Shown here one piece after another: positions 27,348-35,952 of a stretch of DNA of 48,402 bases. How positions within the stretch are numbered: position 1 is the stretch's first letter; each line of letters starts with the position of its first letter. The DNA is from Thermoplasmata archaeon (GTDB lineage Archaea; Thermoplasmatota; Thermoplasmata; RBG-16-68-12): assembly GCA_035639595.1 (NCBI GenBank), contig DASQXV010000082.1:1-48402 (forward strand), in the 5' to 3' direction. The notes under the pieces are model-generated. The model saw nothing but the letters and a program-made list of their open reading frames with translations. It was not told the origin of the DNA and searched no databases. The position numbers and the translations under genes were made by a program.

Positions 27348-27408
27348 GGGCGCCACGATCCTGGTCCGAGGAGAGAGGTTGTATAGTGGACCTGCCTCAA
27401 TCGCCGCG

Positions 27409-27786
27409 ATGACGTCGCGGGATGGGGGGACCGACTCATTCCGTCCCTTCGTCGACGGGGGGATCACCTGGTCCTTCTACTTCCGGAGGTCCGAGGTCCC
27501 GCGGATCGAACTCGAGACGATCGCGCGGGCCGAACGCGCGCGGTTCCTCCGCCTCGCAGTCACGTTCGGATCGATTGATCGAAGGGGGGTGTATCGGAGC
27601 GAGACGATTGTCCATCTGTGGCAGATCAACCGGCTCCCCGAAGGGGTGAGTTGGCGGCAGGTGTTCGTCCACATCTTCAGCCACGAACCGCTCCACCACG
27701 CGATCGGCAGGTGCCTCGCGGAGATCGAGGCATGGGGCGATCAGGAATGGGCCATCGGCCGATTGGGCGATGGGCGCTGGTGGTAG
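27409..27786 (+). CDS. small HExxH-motif protein (possible minimal zincin), hypothetical
   Basis: The ATG at 27409 lies ~26 nt downstream of TATA-like TTGTATAGTG (27379-27388). Contains FSHEPLHHAIG (HExxH). Confidence 0.45.
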   Translation: MTSRDGGTDSFRPFVDGGITWSFYFRRSEVPRIELETIARAERARFLRLAVTFGSIDRRGVYRSETIVHLWQINRLPEGVSWRQVFVHIFSHEPLHHAIGRCLAEIEAWGDQEWAIGRLGDGRWW

Positions 27787-27870
27787 ACCCTCCCGACCGG
27801 CGCGTCCGAAGAGTAAGGACGGTATCCTTATGGCCCGGGGCCTCGATGTCCGGGCGAGGGGGTCTGCAAG

Positions 27871-28143
27871 ATGCAGCAAGAGGCACAAGGCTCGCAGGAA
27901 GCGTGGACGACCGGTATGCCGAGGCGTATGATGACCGGAATGCGTTGGCGTACGACCACGTCGATCGTCATCGGATTCGGGTGGGTGGTCTTCATCCTGC
28001 TCTTCGCGGGATTCTGGTCCGGCGGGTTCTCGATCTTCCAGAACATCATGATCTTCTTCGCGTCGATCGTGACGGCCATCGGCATCCTCGCCACGATCTG
28101 GGCGGGATGGGGCATGCGCTGGGGCGGTTCCTGGGCTCACTGA
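27871..28143 (+). CDS. small two-TM membrane protein, hypothetical
   Basis: 90 aa, GAGGGGG 8 nt upstream of the ATG, two long hydrophobic segments and a Trp/Gly-rich end. Confidence 0.5.
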   Translation: MQQEAQGSQEAWTTGMPRRMMTGMRWRTTTSIVIGFGWVVFILLFAGFWSGGFSIFQNIMIFFASIVTAIGILATIWAGWGMRWGGSWAH

Positions 28144-28634
28144 CTCTTGTGCCCCGTACCGGGATGACTGCGCTTGTAGTCCCGTTCCATCGCGGCTCCG
28201 AAGCGTTTCCACGCACGAAGGGTGGACGCCTCTCGCTGCGCCTTGGTAAGAGGCTTCGTGAGCTGCATTCGAGGCCGGCGCCTCCATCGGAGGTCCAATT
28301 CGGTCCGGCCGTCCGGTAGCCTCGTCAGGCGATAGTCGGCGGTCACGTCGGCGCGGCTCCCAAAACCGTCCATGTGCCATCGGTTCGGGGGACGGAGCGT
28401 GACCGTATCTCGGGACCAGATCCAACCCTCCTTCGTCTCCTCGAGGTCCTCGAACACGACCCGGCGGGCGGTCCGAGAGAGGATCTTGCGCTCGTATGCC
28501 TCGCCCCCGAGTTTCGCGTCTCCTGGCGTGTAGTCCGTGCACCAGGCGAACGCGAAGCCGAGGGGGACTCGGAAGGAGACTCGGATGTGGTATTCCGGGT
28601 CCTTCGCTTTCGCACGACGTCTCCGAGTAGGCAT
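28137..28634 (-). CDS. SRPBCC (START/polyketide-cyclase-like) family protein
   Basis: 165 aa. The beta-rich pattern FRVPLGFAFAWCTDYTPGD...WIWSRDTVTLRP...TADYRLTRLPDGRTELDLRW resembles SRPBCC proteins. The call rests on pattern only. Confidence 0.5.
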   Translation of the reverse strand: MPTRRRRAKAKDPEYHIRVSFRVPLGFAFAWCTDYTPGDAKLGGEAYERKILSRTARRVVFEDLEETKEGWIWSRDTVTLRPPNRWHMDGFGSRADVTADYRLTRLPDGRTELDLRWRRRPRMQLTKPLTKAQREASTLRAWKRFGAAMERDYKRSHPGTGHKSQ

Positions 28635-28674
28635 GTTTTCCCTTCCCGCGACCGGTTCCGACCGCGGCCCCGGT

Positions 28675-29091
28675 CTAACGCACCGTCGTCAGGATGATGG
28701 CCATGACGATCATCGCAACGACGTGTTGCCCTTGGACGATCGCGAACACGGCGCGGGAACCTTTCGCAAAGAGGATGCTCGGTAGGCTCGTGAGCATGAT
28801 GAAGGCGAACCAGATGAGGAGCGCCACCTCAATGCCTTCGACCGCGTTAGTCGCGTTCGCGATCCCGAGAACCCATCGGAGAACGATTGCCCCGATGATC
28901 GCGATGACCAAGGCGCCGACGAAAGCCGGGGCCGGGTTCCCCGTCTGGGTGATGTTGAGGGCCGCCATCCATCTCTTGCCGAAGACGGGCGGTGAGAACC
29001 AAATGGCGCCGACGATCCATGCGGCGACCCCCGCGAACACGATCGCAATCCAGTTGAAACTCGACACGTCGAAAGACACCAACGCCTCCAA
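28675..29091 (-). CDS. DUF1761 family membrane protein
   Basis: NWIAIVFAGVAAWIVGAIWFSPPVFGKRWM is the characteristic DUF1761 N-terminus. 4 TM. TTG start. Confidence 0.7.
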   Translation of the reverse strand: MEALVSFDVSSFNWIAIVFAGVAAWIVGAIWFSPPVFGKRWMAALNITQTGNPAPAFVGALVIAIIGAIVLRWVLGIANATNAVEGIEVALLIWFAFIMLTSLPSILFAKGSRAVFAIVQGQHVVAMIVMAIILTTVR

Positions 29092-29179
29092 CCCCCGGCT
29101 GGGACCGCGGTCTGAGCCAAATACGTTCTGGTATGGTTCGCGGCCCTCACGGGAGCTGTCGGCCCTCGTCCGTTGCTTT

Positions 29180-29983
29180 TCAGGCTTTCTTGCGCGAGGG
29201 AGGCGGGAGGATTCGGAGCCTCGCGTCGCGATCCAGGTCGTTGAACGCGTTCGGTCGTTTCGCTTTTTCGAGCAAGGAGAAGTCGAGCGACTTCACCAGG
29301 ACCGCCTCCTCGCCCTCGAGGCATTCGAGCTGCCCCCATGGATTTGCCAGGCTCGACTGGCCGGGGAACCGCGCACCCCGCTCGACACCGGTTCGATTCA
29401 CGACCGCGACGAAGATGCCATGAGCGAACGCGGAGCCGATGGCCAAGTGATTGTACGGTTGGAGCCCGTGGGACGGAGCGTATGGCTCCTCGGCCCACGC
29501 CGTAGGCACGAGCAGGAGCTCCGCACCCTTGCGGGCGAGGAACGCGGCGAGTTCGGGAAACTGGAGGTCGTAGCAAACCTCGAGCCCGATGGGATGACCT
29601 CGGAATCGGAGGAGGACAGGTTCGGTCCCCGGCTCGAAGATCACCGTCTCGCGGTTCCAGAGGTGGATCTTCCGGTACACGATTGTTCCGTCGGGCCCAG
29701 CCGCGAAAGCGGAATCATAGAAAACGCCTTCCGCGTGCTCTGAGAAGCCGCCTACGATCAGGCGTCCTGTGGCATGGGCCACTTCTTCGATCGGTTTGAG
29801 GGCCGAACGTGAGTCGGCGTAGGGTCCGGCGTCCTTGCGGTCCTCGTACATGTAGCCGCAGCTGGCCAGTTCCGGGAACACGAGGATGTCCGCGGGGACG
29901 CTCTCCGCCCAGTGGTGCATCCGCTCCCAGTTTGGGGCCGTTGCCCTGAATGTCGGCTCGAATTGGACCAATGCGATTTTCAC
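29180..29983 (-). CDS. carbon-nitrogen hydrolase (nitrilase superfamily)
   Basis: Glu-Lys-Cys triad context: LVFPELASCGY, YRKIHLW, GLEVCYDLQFPE. GTG start ~28 nt downstream of a TATA-like GTTTATGTG (30007-30015, minus). Confidence 0.9.
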   Translation of the reverse strand: MKIALVQFEPTFRATAPNWERMHHWAESVPADILVFPELASCGYMYEDRKDAGPYADSRSALKPIEEVAHATGRLIVGGFSEHAEGVFYDSAFAAGPDGTIVYRKIHLWNRETVIFEPGTEPVLLRFRGHPIGLEVCYDLQFPELAAFLARKGAELLLVPTAWAEEPYAPSHGLQPYNHLAIGSAFAHGIFVAVVNRTGVERGARFPGQSSLANPWGQLECLEGEEAVLVKSLDFSLLEKAKRPNAFNDLDRDARLRILPPPSRKKA

Positions 29984-30179
29984 GAACCGGAGGAACCGCG
30001 GAACGCCACATAAACGCGCGGGACGAGTTCAGGGAGCTGAGTCCATCGTGACCGCGAGGCCGCTCGCAAAGTCTAATATCCCGCCCAACCTCCCCGCGCA
30101 GTGGGTTGGGGGGCCTTCGCCTCCGGCGTAAGAGGAACGGTATCGGGTCCGGACGGGCCTGGTTCCAAAACCCGTCGAG

Positions 30180-31835
30180 TTGGAAGGGAGGCGTGATTCA
30201 ACGGCGGAGGCGACTGTGGGAGCGGAGGTCGAAAAGTCAGTCTTTGCTCGCAAGACGAGCGGGCTTGTGAAGGAACTCGGGGCGTTCGAGTCCTTCTCGA
30301 TCAACCTGATTTCTCTCGGACCGGGGCCGGCGTACGGCCTGTTCCTCATCATCCTGCTCTTCGTGACCGGCGCGAACCTGATGCAGGCCACGCTGTTCGC
30401 GGCCCTGGCGGGGATTCCGGTCATCCTCGCCTACGCGATCCTGGCGATCGAGATGCCACGGTCCGGCGGCGAATACGTCTACGCGTCCCGACAGCTCCAC
30501 CCGTACCTGGGCTTTGTCGGAGGCATTTCGCGGATTCTGAATGCCGCGATATACGCCGCGATCCTGCCGTATTGGTTCGTCATCCTTTCCCTCGGTCCGG
30601 GCCTCGCGAGTTGGGGGTCCGTCGTAGGCGATGCCGGCCTCACGAACCTAGGAACAGGCCTCACGACGAACACGACCTGGATTGTCGCCATCGGCGAAAT
30701 CCTGACGCTCGGGCTCATGGGCCTTTGGATCGTCATGAAGCCCCGCCTCGCCTTCCGCATCTTCTCCGCCCTACTCTTTCTCGAGCTCGCGGGCCTCGTC
30801 GTCGCCCTCGGGCTTCTCTTCGCGGCCGGCCACAACGGGTTCGTCAACGCGGTGAACGCGTTCATGTCTTCTCAGGGGTACTCGGGCAACTATTACAATG
30901 ACGTCGCGGCGTACGGCGCGACCAACTGGGGACCGTACGGCTCGAATTTCACGAATACCGTGGTCTTCGTCCCGCTGGTTTTCGCCTTTTACTACATGTT
31001 CGGAGGGGCGCCGTCCTACATCGCGGGCGAGTTCCGACGAACCGCGAAAAGCGTCGGCCAAGGCATGGCCGTCTCGTTTGGCCTCGCGGTTGCCTTCGCC
31101 GCCGCAATCGTGTCCGCCTTCGAGTCGGTCGTTGGGACGGATTTTCTCAACGGCTCGGTCGCTCTTTCTACGTACTTGCTTGGAGGGTCCGGCGACCCGC
31201 CACCGCTTCCGTTTGCATCGGGCCTCACGTCCCTTCCCAACCTCGTCGCGGGCCAGAATCCGGTCCTCCTGGGGATTATGTTCCTGGGGTCCGTCTCCTG
31301 GTACGTCCTCTGGCTCATCTTGGGACTCTACATCTTCTCCCGCTACTCACTCAGCTTCTCCCTGGACCGACTCTTCCCGATGTGGATGAGCAGCGTCACG
31401 CGGCGAACGCACCAGCCGTGGACGGGGATCGTCGTCGTCTCCTTGATCGGAGCCATCCTGCTTCCGTTGATCACCTTCTACTACACCGCGGCGTACTATC
31501 CGCTCGTCTTCCTACTCTTCTTCCTGCCAATGGTCACCGTGGCCCTCTCCTCCCTTTCGCTGGTCCGTCTGGGGATGCAGAAGCATCGCCCAGGCCACGC
31601 AATCGTGGGCGTCATCTCGTTCCTCGTGACTGTAGTGTCCGCATACCTCGTGTCGACCTTGCCGATCCTGGGGGAGGCCGCCGGGTTCACGTTGTCGAAC
31701 CAACTCACGAGCTACGTCACGATCATCTTGGTCTTCGTCGGCAGCGCGGTATGGTACTTTGTGGCGCGTTCGTTCCACCTCCGGCGGCACGGGGTCGACA
31801 TCTCGATGGCGTTCAAGGCCCTACCTCCGGACTGA
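30180..31835 (+). CDS. APC superfamily amino acid/polyamine permease
   Basis: 551 aa, about 12-14 TM, N-terminal region FSINLISLGPGPAYG typical of APC permeases. TTG 30180 is the first start; GTG 30213, preceded by GGAGG, is an alternative. Confidence 0.85.
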   Translation: MEGRRDSTAEATVGAEVEKSVFARKTSGLVKELGAFESFSINLISLGPGPAYGLFLIILLFVTGANLMQATLFAALAGIPVILAYAILAIEMPRSGGEYVYASRQLHPYLGFVGGISRILNAAIYAAILPYWFVILSLGPGLASWGSVVGDAGLTNLGTGLTTNTTWIVAIGEILTLGLMGLWIVMKPRLAFRIFSALLFLELAGLVVALGLLFAAGHNGFVNAVNAFMSSQGYSGNYYNDVAAYGATNWGPYGSNFTNTVVFVPLVFAFYYMFGGAPSYIAGEFRRTAKSVGQGMAVSFGLAVAFAAAIVSAFESVVGTDFLNGSVALSTYLLGGSGDPPPLPFASGLTSLPNLVAGQNPVLLGIMFLGSVSWYVLWLILGLYIFSRYSLSFSLDRLFPMWMSSVTRRTHQPWTGIVVVSLIGAILLPLITFYYTAAYYPLVFLLFFLPMVTVALSSLSLVRLGMQKHRPGHAIVGVISFLVTVVSAYLVSTLPILGEAAGFTLSNQLTSYVTIILVFVGSAVWYFVARSFHLRRHGVDISMAFKALPPD

Positions 31836-31850
31836 TCGGGTCGTGGATGG

Positions 31851-32810
31851 GTGACCGAGCCGCTAGACGGTGCGTCATCGCCCCGGTTCGCGCAGGTCGC
31901 AACGTTCGCCAGGCTCCCAGTCCGACGGGACGCCGTGGGGGCGAAGAGCGTGTTCCTAGGGATCCCCTGGGACGATGCGACCTCATATCGCAGCGGTGCA
32001 CGCGAGGGGCCGTCCGCGATTCGAAATGCCTCTCGCCTAGTTAGGCCGTACAACATGTTCGCGGACGTGTATCCTTTCCGGATCCTTGACACCGTGGACG
32101 CGGGCGACATCGATCCGGTCCCGGGCTATACGGAGGACACATTCGTCCGCATCGAATCGGCCCTCCGGCCACTCTTCGCTGCCGGCATCGTCCCGTACGT
32201 CGCGGGCGGAGACCATTCCGTGACCCTGCCCGTGCTGCGGGCGCACAAAGCCGCGCGGAACGAGGTCGTCAGCTTGCTCCATTTCGACGCCCACTTCGAC
32301 ACCTGGGAGGCGTATTGGGGCGACAAGCGGTACACGCACGGTACTTGGGTCAAGCGGGCCTACGAAGAAGGGCTCGTACGCCGCGGCCACGTCTTCCAAA
32401 TTGGGATCCGCAGCTCCCTGTACTCCCATGAGGACATCCGCAACAACGCGAGCATCGCGGAGCGTACCTTCACGTCGGAGGACGTCGATTCCCAAGGATA
32501 CCGCCCCATCATGGACCATGTGCTCGAGGCCGTGGCGGACGACCCTCTCTATGTGTCCGTGGACATCGACGTCCTGGATCCCGCCTACGCTCCGGGCACG
32601 GGTACCCCGGAATCGGGGGGTCTCACGAGCCGCGAGATGATTCATTTCCTCCGCGAACTGCACCGGGCGAACCTCGTCGGGTTCGACCTGGTCGAAGTCG
32701 CGCCTCAGTACGATCACATGGGACAGGTGACGGCGCTCGCGGCCTCGAACCTGATTTACGAGGCCATGTGCGCGTTGGCTCGGCATCGATCACTGGGCGG
32801 ACGTCGCTAG
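31851..32810 (+). CDS. speB: agmatinase / ureohydrolase (arginase family)
   Basis: GGDHSVTLPVL, HFDAHFDT, SVDIDVLDPAYAPGTGTPESGGLT: the complete Mn-binding ureohydrolase motifs. Specificity (agmatine versus other guanidino substrates) is not resolvable by eye. Confidence 0.9.
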   Translation: MTEPLDGASSPRFAQVATFARLPVRRDAVGAKSVFLGIPWDDATSYRSGAREGPSAIRNASRLVRPYNMFADVYPFRILDTVDAGDIDPVPGYTEDTFVRIESALRPLFAAGIVPYVAGGDHSVTLPVLRAHKAARNEVVSLLHFDAHFDTWEAYWGDKRYTHGTWVKRAYEEGLVRRGHVFQIGIRSSLYSHEDIRNNASIAERTFTSEDVDSQGYRPIMDHVLEAVADDPLYVSVDIDVLDPAYAPGTGTPESGGLTSREMIHFLRELHRANLVGFDLVEVAPQYDHMGQVTALAASNLIYEAMCALARHRSLGGRR

Positions 32811-33583
32811 CGGACCTCGTCCACCGGCTCGTACCACAACTCCTTCGTGCCCTTCGCCCGGCGTTTTTCCCACCGCCGTGTCTTGGGGCAATCGCGGAGG
32901 TACGCCCGATACTCTCGGAGGCGCTCCAGCAAGTGGCCGCGGTCCGACGGACCCAGGGCGCCCGGAAAGGCGCGAATCAAGTCGGCGCATGCGCTCAGGT
33001 TGAGATCGGCGTCATACCAGAGACCCCAGTCATCGCCGAAGAGACTCGACAGGTAGCTCCGGTCGAGCTGCGCCAGGGGGATGGCGGCGACGAATGAGGC
33101 GAGGTCGACGAGGTCCTTCCGCAGAGGGGCATGGATCTGGACCTTCCCGAGGAACAGGTCTTCCGGCGGCAACGTGACGCCCGGGCCGAGGCGGTCTTTG
33201 ATCGGGATCTCGTGGTTGAACCGCAATGTGTCGTAGAACACATCGATTTGAAACTTCGGATGGTAAAAGATGTTCCGGAAACTGCCGAACAGGGCGTTCG
33301 TCTCCCGGTCTTCTCGGTATCCGAGTTCCTTCACGAACAGACGGTAAATGGCTGAGGCGTTCTTTTCGCGAGCGGCCAGATCGAGATCCTTGAACGAGAC
33401 CCGTGGGTTCTCCATGCCATTGCGGAACGCATAGAGTCGCGCCGCGAATTCGTCGTCGCGGACGGCGCGATAGATGCCGACGCTTCCGCAGACTCGGATC
33501 GGAACGCCACGGGTCCCGGCGACGGTGACGAGCCGATCCGTCTCGCTCATGAACTCCTCCAGGGGCAAGAGCACCTCGGTCAT
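32807..33583 (-). CDS. hypothetical protein, possible nucleotidyltransferase-fold
   Basis: 258 aa, 5 nt downstream of the phosphoesterase gene. CGSVGIY...FKDLDLAA loosely resembles the G[SG]...D.D minimal NTase motif. Weak call. Confidence 0.4.
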   Translation of the reverse strand: MTEVLLPLEEFMSETDRLVTVAGTRGVPIRVCGSVGIYRAVRDDEFAARLYAFRNGMENPRVSFKDLDLAAREKNASAIYRLFVKELGYREDRETNALFGSFRNIFYHPKFQIDVFYDTLRFNHEIPIKDRLGPGVTLPPEDLFLGKVQIHAPLRKDLVDLASFVAAIPLAQLDRSYLSSLFGDDWGLWYDADLNLSACADLIRAFPGALGPSDRGHLLERLREYRAYLRDCPKTRRWEKRRAKGTKELWYEPVDEVR

Positions 33584-33588
33584 GGCCC

Positions 33589-34545
33589 TCAGCCGGTGAC
33601 GAACAGGTGGCTCGCGAGATCGCCCTCCCGCATGTCGAGGAGGACGCCCTGGAGGTTTCCGCTGAAGTACGCGCTGCCCGGGTTCACAATCGGCGTCGGG
33701 CCAATTGCGTCGATTGCCTTGCTCTCATGGATGTGCCCGTGAAGGCCCATCGCCGGCTGGAGGTTCTCGATCAATGTGCGGACGGATGACGACCCGACGT
33801 GCTCGAGCAAGACCTGTCCGCCAACTGTCCGCGGCTTCAGGCTCGCGTCCAGCTGGGGCGCCAGGTCGAGCGCGGTCCCGCGGGGCGGGGCGTGGATGTC
33901 TAGGATAGTCTTCCGTGGATTGCCGATGCGTCCCGAGGTGCGGTCGAGCACCTTTCGGAGTTCGGCCTCCTCGAGATCTCGCGCGCACCGCCAGGGGGTC
34001 ATGTTTGCATAGCCGCACCCGAAAATCTCGTACGGTCCGGCTTGGACTACGTCACCCTCAGGGATCAGGACGTTCGACGGACTTTCCTTCCGCAGGATGT
34101 CGAGTATGTCGTCCGTGTCGTCGTTCCCGACGTTCAAGACCAACGGAGTAGCATTGGGGGTGAGGCGCTCCTCGATCAGCCTGAGCCACGCACGCACACG
34201 GTCCCGTCCCAGTCGGAGGGCGATCTGCTCGGCAGCATTGCGGTCGCGCTGGAGCTCGGCCCAGCGTTCCGGCGTCACTGTGGTTGAGTATCGGCCCTGG
34301 TCTGCGATCTGGCGCTCCACTTTCGGCAGATTTGCGGCGAGGAATCGGACGCGTCTCTCCCCGTTCGGATACCAATGGTAGCGGTCTCCACCCTCATCGA
34401 AAAGGGGTACCAGGATTTTCCCAAGGATGTCGCCGCCGTAGACGAGAAGGTCCGGATGGTAGGCGTCGACGGAATTCAGGAATTTCCGAAAACATGTCTC
34501 GGAACCGTGCAGGTCGCTCACGAAGAAAATCCGGTAGGTTCCCAC
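33589..34545 (-). CDS. metallophosphoesterase (calcineurin-like)
   Basis: GTG start at 34545 (VGTYRIFFVSDLHGSE). Motifs DLHG, GGDILGK, VGNDD, DIHAPP, LHGHIHES. The upstream part of ORF 33589..35001 is antisense to the cyclophilin gene. Confidence 0.8.
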   Translation of the reverse strand: MGTYRIFFVSDLHGSETCFRKFLNSVDAYHPDLLVYGGDILGKILVPLFDEGGDRYHWYPNGERRVRFLAANLPKVERQIADQGRYSTTVTPERWAELQRDRNAAEQIALRLGRDRVRAWLRLIEERLTPNATPLVLNVGNDDTDDILDILRKESPSNVLIPEGDVVQAGPYEIFGCGYANMTPWRCARDLEEAELRKVLDRTSGRIGNPRKTILDIHAPPRGTALDLAPQLDASLKPRTVGGQVLLEHVGSSSVRTLIENLQPAMGLHGHIHESKAIDAIGPTPIVNPGSAYFSGNLQGVLLDMREGDLASHLFVTG

Positions 34546-34570
34546 GGTGAAACAGTGTAGGGTCGCGGAG

Positions 34571-34644
34571 GATATAGTTTCTCGGAAACGGGTTCCGCGA
34601 TCGAGGGGATCGTGGTTCGGGGTCGGGAGAATAGCCTTTACATA
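34571..34644. promoter_or_regulatory. divergent promoter region with two TATA-like boxes
   Basis: AAACTATATC (34571-34580, minus) is ~30 nt from GTG 34545. TTTACATA (34637-34644, plus) is ~26 nt from ATG 34666. Confidence 0.45.
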
Positions 34645-34665
34645 CCGCGTGCGAATGGCGGGCCT

Positions 34666-35124
34666 ATGACGGTTGTTCTCCTCCAAACGACGATGGGCGA
34701 TGTGAAAATCGAGCTGTTCGACGATCGGATGCCGATCACCGCGGGGAACTTTCGAAAGCTCGTCCAGGAAGGCTTCTACGACGGGACGATCTTTCACCGC
34801 GTGATCCCCGGCTTCATGATTCAGGGCGGGGACCCGGAAGGCACGGGCTTCGGCGGCCCCGGGTACTCGATCAAGGACGAGCTCCCGCCCAGCAACCGGA
34901 ATGCCCGCGGGACGATCTCCATGGCCAACGCGGGTCCGAACACCGGCGGCAGTCAGTTCTTCATCAACGTCGTGGACAACGCACGGCTCGACCGCAAGCA
35001 CCCCGCGTTTGGTAAGGTCGTGAGCGGGATGGAGGTCGTCGACGCGATCAGTCGGACCGCCACGGACAACAAGGACCGCCCCCGCACGCCCGTCACGATC
35101 CGGAAGGCCCGCATCGCTCCGTAA
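34666..35124 (+). CDS. peptidyl-prolyl cis-trans isomerase (cyclophilin type)
   Basis: ATG 34666. FHRVIPGFMIQGGDP, GTISMANAGPNTGGSQFFI: canonical cyclophilin. Confidence 0.95.
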   Translation: MTVVLLQTTMGDVKIELFDDRMPITAGNFRKLVQEGFYDGTIFHRVIPGFMIQGGDPEGTGFGGPGYSIKDELPPSNRNARGTISMANAGPNTGGSQFFINVVDNARLDRKHPAFGKVVSGMEVVDAISRTATDNKDRPRTPVTIRKARIAP

Positions 35125-35176
35125 GGCGACCTTCGGGCCCGCGGGCTCGGTGGGCCTCCTGGGACTCGGTCTGACG

Positions 35177-35200
35177 AAAAGGACCTCGCGTCCGCGAGGT
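35177..35200 (-). terminator. hairpin plus T4 candidate terminator for the 35227-35634 gene
   Basis: ACCTCGCG-tc-CGCGAGGT (35183-35200). On the minus strand it is followed by CC and TTTT (35180-35177). Lies in the 102-nt gap between convergent genes. Confidence 0.4.
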
Positions 35201-35226
35201 AGCCCACCGAGGTGACTTCTCGCCGC

Positions 35227-35634
35227 CTAACGCTGGGCGAACACCTTCGCGACGAACTCCCCGGTCGTCTGGTCGTACGTCCCCTCGAATCGTCCCTTCG
35301 CGGAGTTCAGCCACTCCAGGCCTTTCGACATCGTCTGGTAGGTGGCCTCGCCTTCCGCATGGATCGAGGTCGGGCTGATCATCTTCCCGGTGCCCTTCGC
35401 GCGCACGAGGATGAGATCCCCTTCGCCCGTCTGGTCGATCCCCCGCGACTCGAATTCGTACACGCCATCCGGCTTGAACAACGCATCGACGGTCTCCATG
35501 TGGGCGGCATCGTATTGTCCCTTCACCGTCCCCTGGAGATTGTAGGTCATCCGCACCCCGCCGGGCGTGAACTCCCCGATCGTCACCGAGGTCGTCTTCT
35601 CCATTAGCTCACCCAAGAATTCCTCTTCCGGCAT
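35227..35634 (-). CDS. hypothetical beta-rich protein
   Basis: 135 aa, GGAGG upstream of the ATG at 35634, balanced composition. No motif recognised. Confidence 0.55.
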   Translation of the reverse strand: MPEEEFLGELMEKTTSVTIGEFTPGGVRMTYNLQGTVKGQYDAAHMETVDALFKPDGVYEFESRGIDQTGEGDLILVRAKGTGKMISPTSIHAEGEATYQTMSKGLEWLNSAKGRFEGTYDQTTGEFVAKVFAQR

Positions 35635-35700
35635 CCTCCGAACACCTCCATCCTCGGCCCCGCATGGGGTGACACGAGTAATAGAGATTCCTGAAGAAAC

Positions 35701-35866
35701 TCAGGGATGGCGTTCGATGTACTCCCGGATGGCCTTCTTCGCGAGGGCATACGCACTGAGCTTTTTTCGCTTGCAGAACGCCAGGATCACAGCGAATTCC
35801 TTGCGGCCGAAAGCGGTGACGACCCGCTGCGTGAAAAACCACCGTCCGGGGCCCGGATTCTGTCAT
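35701..35866 (-). pseudogene. ribbon-helix-helix (CopG-like) gene with apparent 1-nt frameshift near its 5' end
   Basis: The frame ending at TGA 35703-35701 reads RWFFTQRVVTAFGRKEFAVILAFCKRKKLSAYALAKKAIREYIERHP (strand-helix-helix pattern) but has no start codon. The only ATG (35866-35864) is one frame off and reads MTESGPRTVV before the G2T5 run. Too short for the ORF track. Confidence 0.45.
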
Positions 35867-35944
35867 GCCACATGAACCTATGCGAGTGAGTAGCACATAC
35901 GCAATGCACAGTAGTGTCTAGCTACCAATCGGTTGACCATTGCT

Positions 35945-35952
35945 ATATATAC
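35945..35952 (-). promoter_or_regulatory. TATA-box candidate (TATATATA) in an AT-rich island
   Basis: The strongest AT run in the window. Lies about 80 nt upstream of the ATG at 35866 on the minus strand. Confidence 0.4.

Noticed and set aside
35609-35896. 95-aa minus-strand ORF as a real gene
   Set aside because: Its product is Arg/His/Cys/Gly-rich and implausible. The adjacent frame gives a clean RHH sequence, so I report a frameshifted RHH instead.
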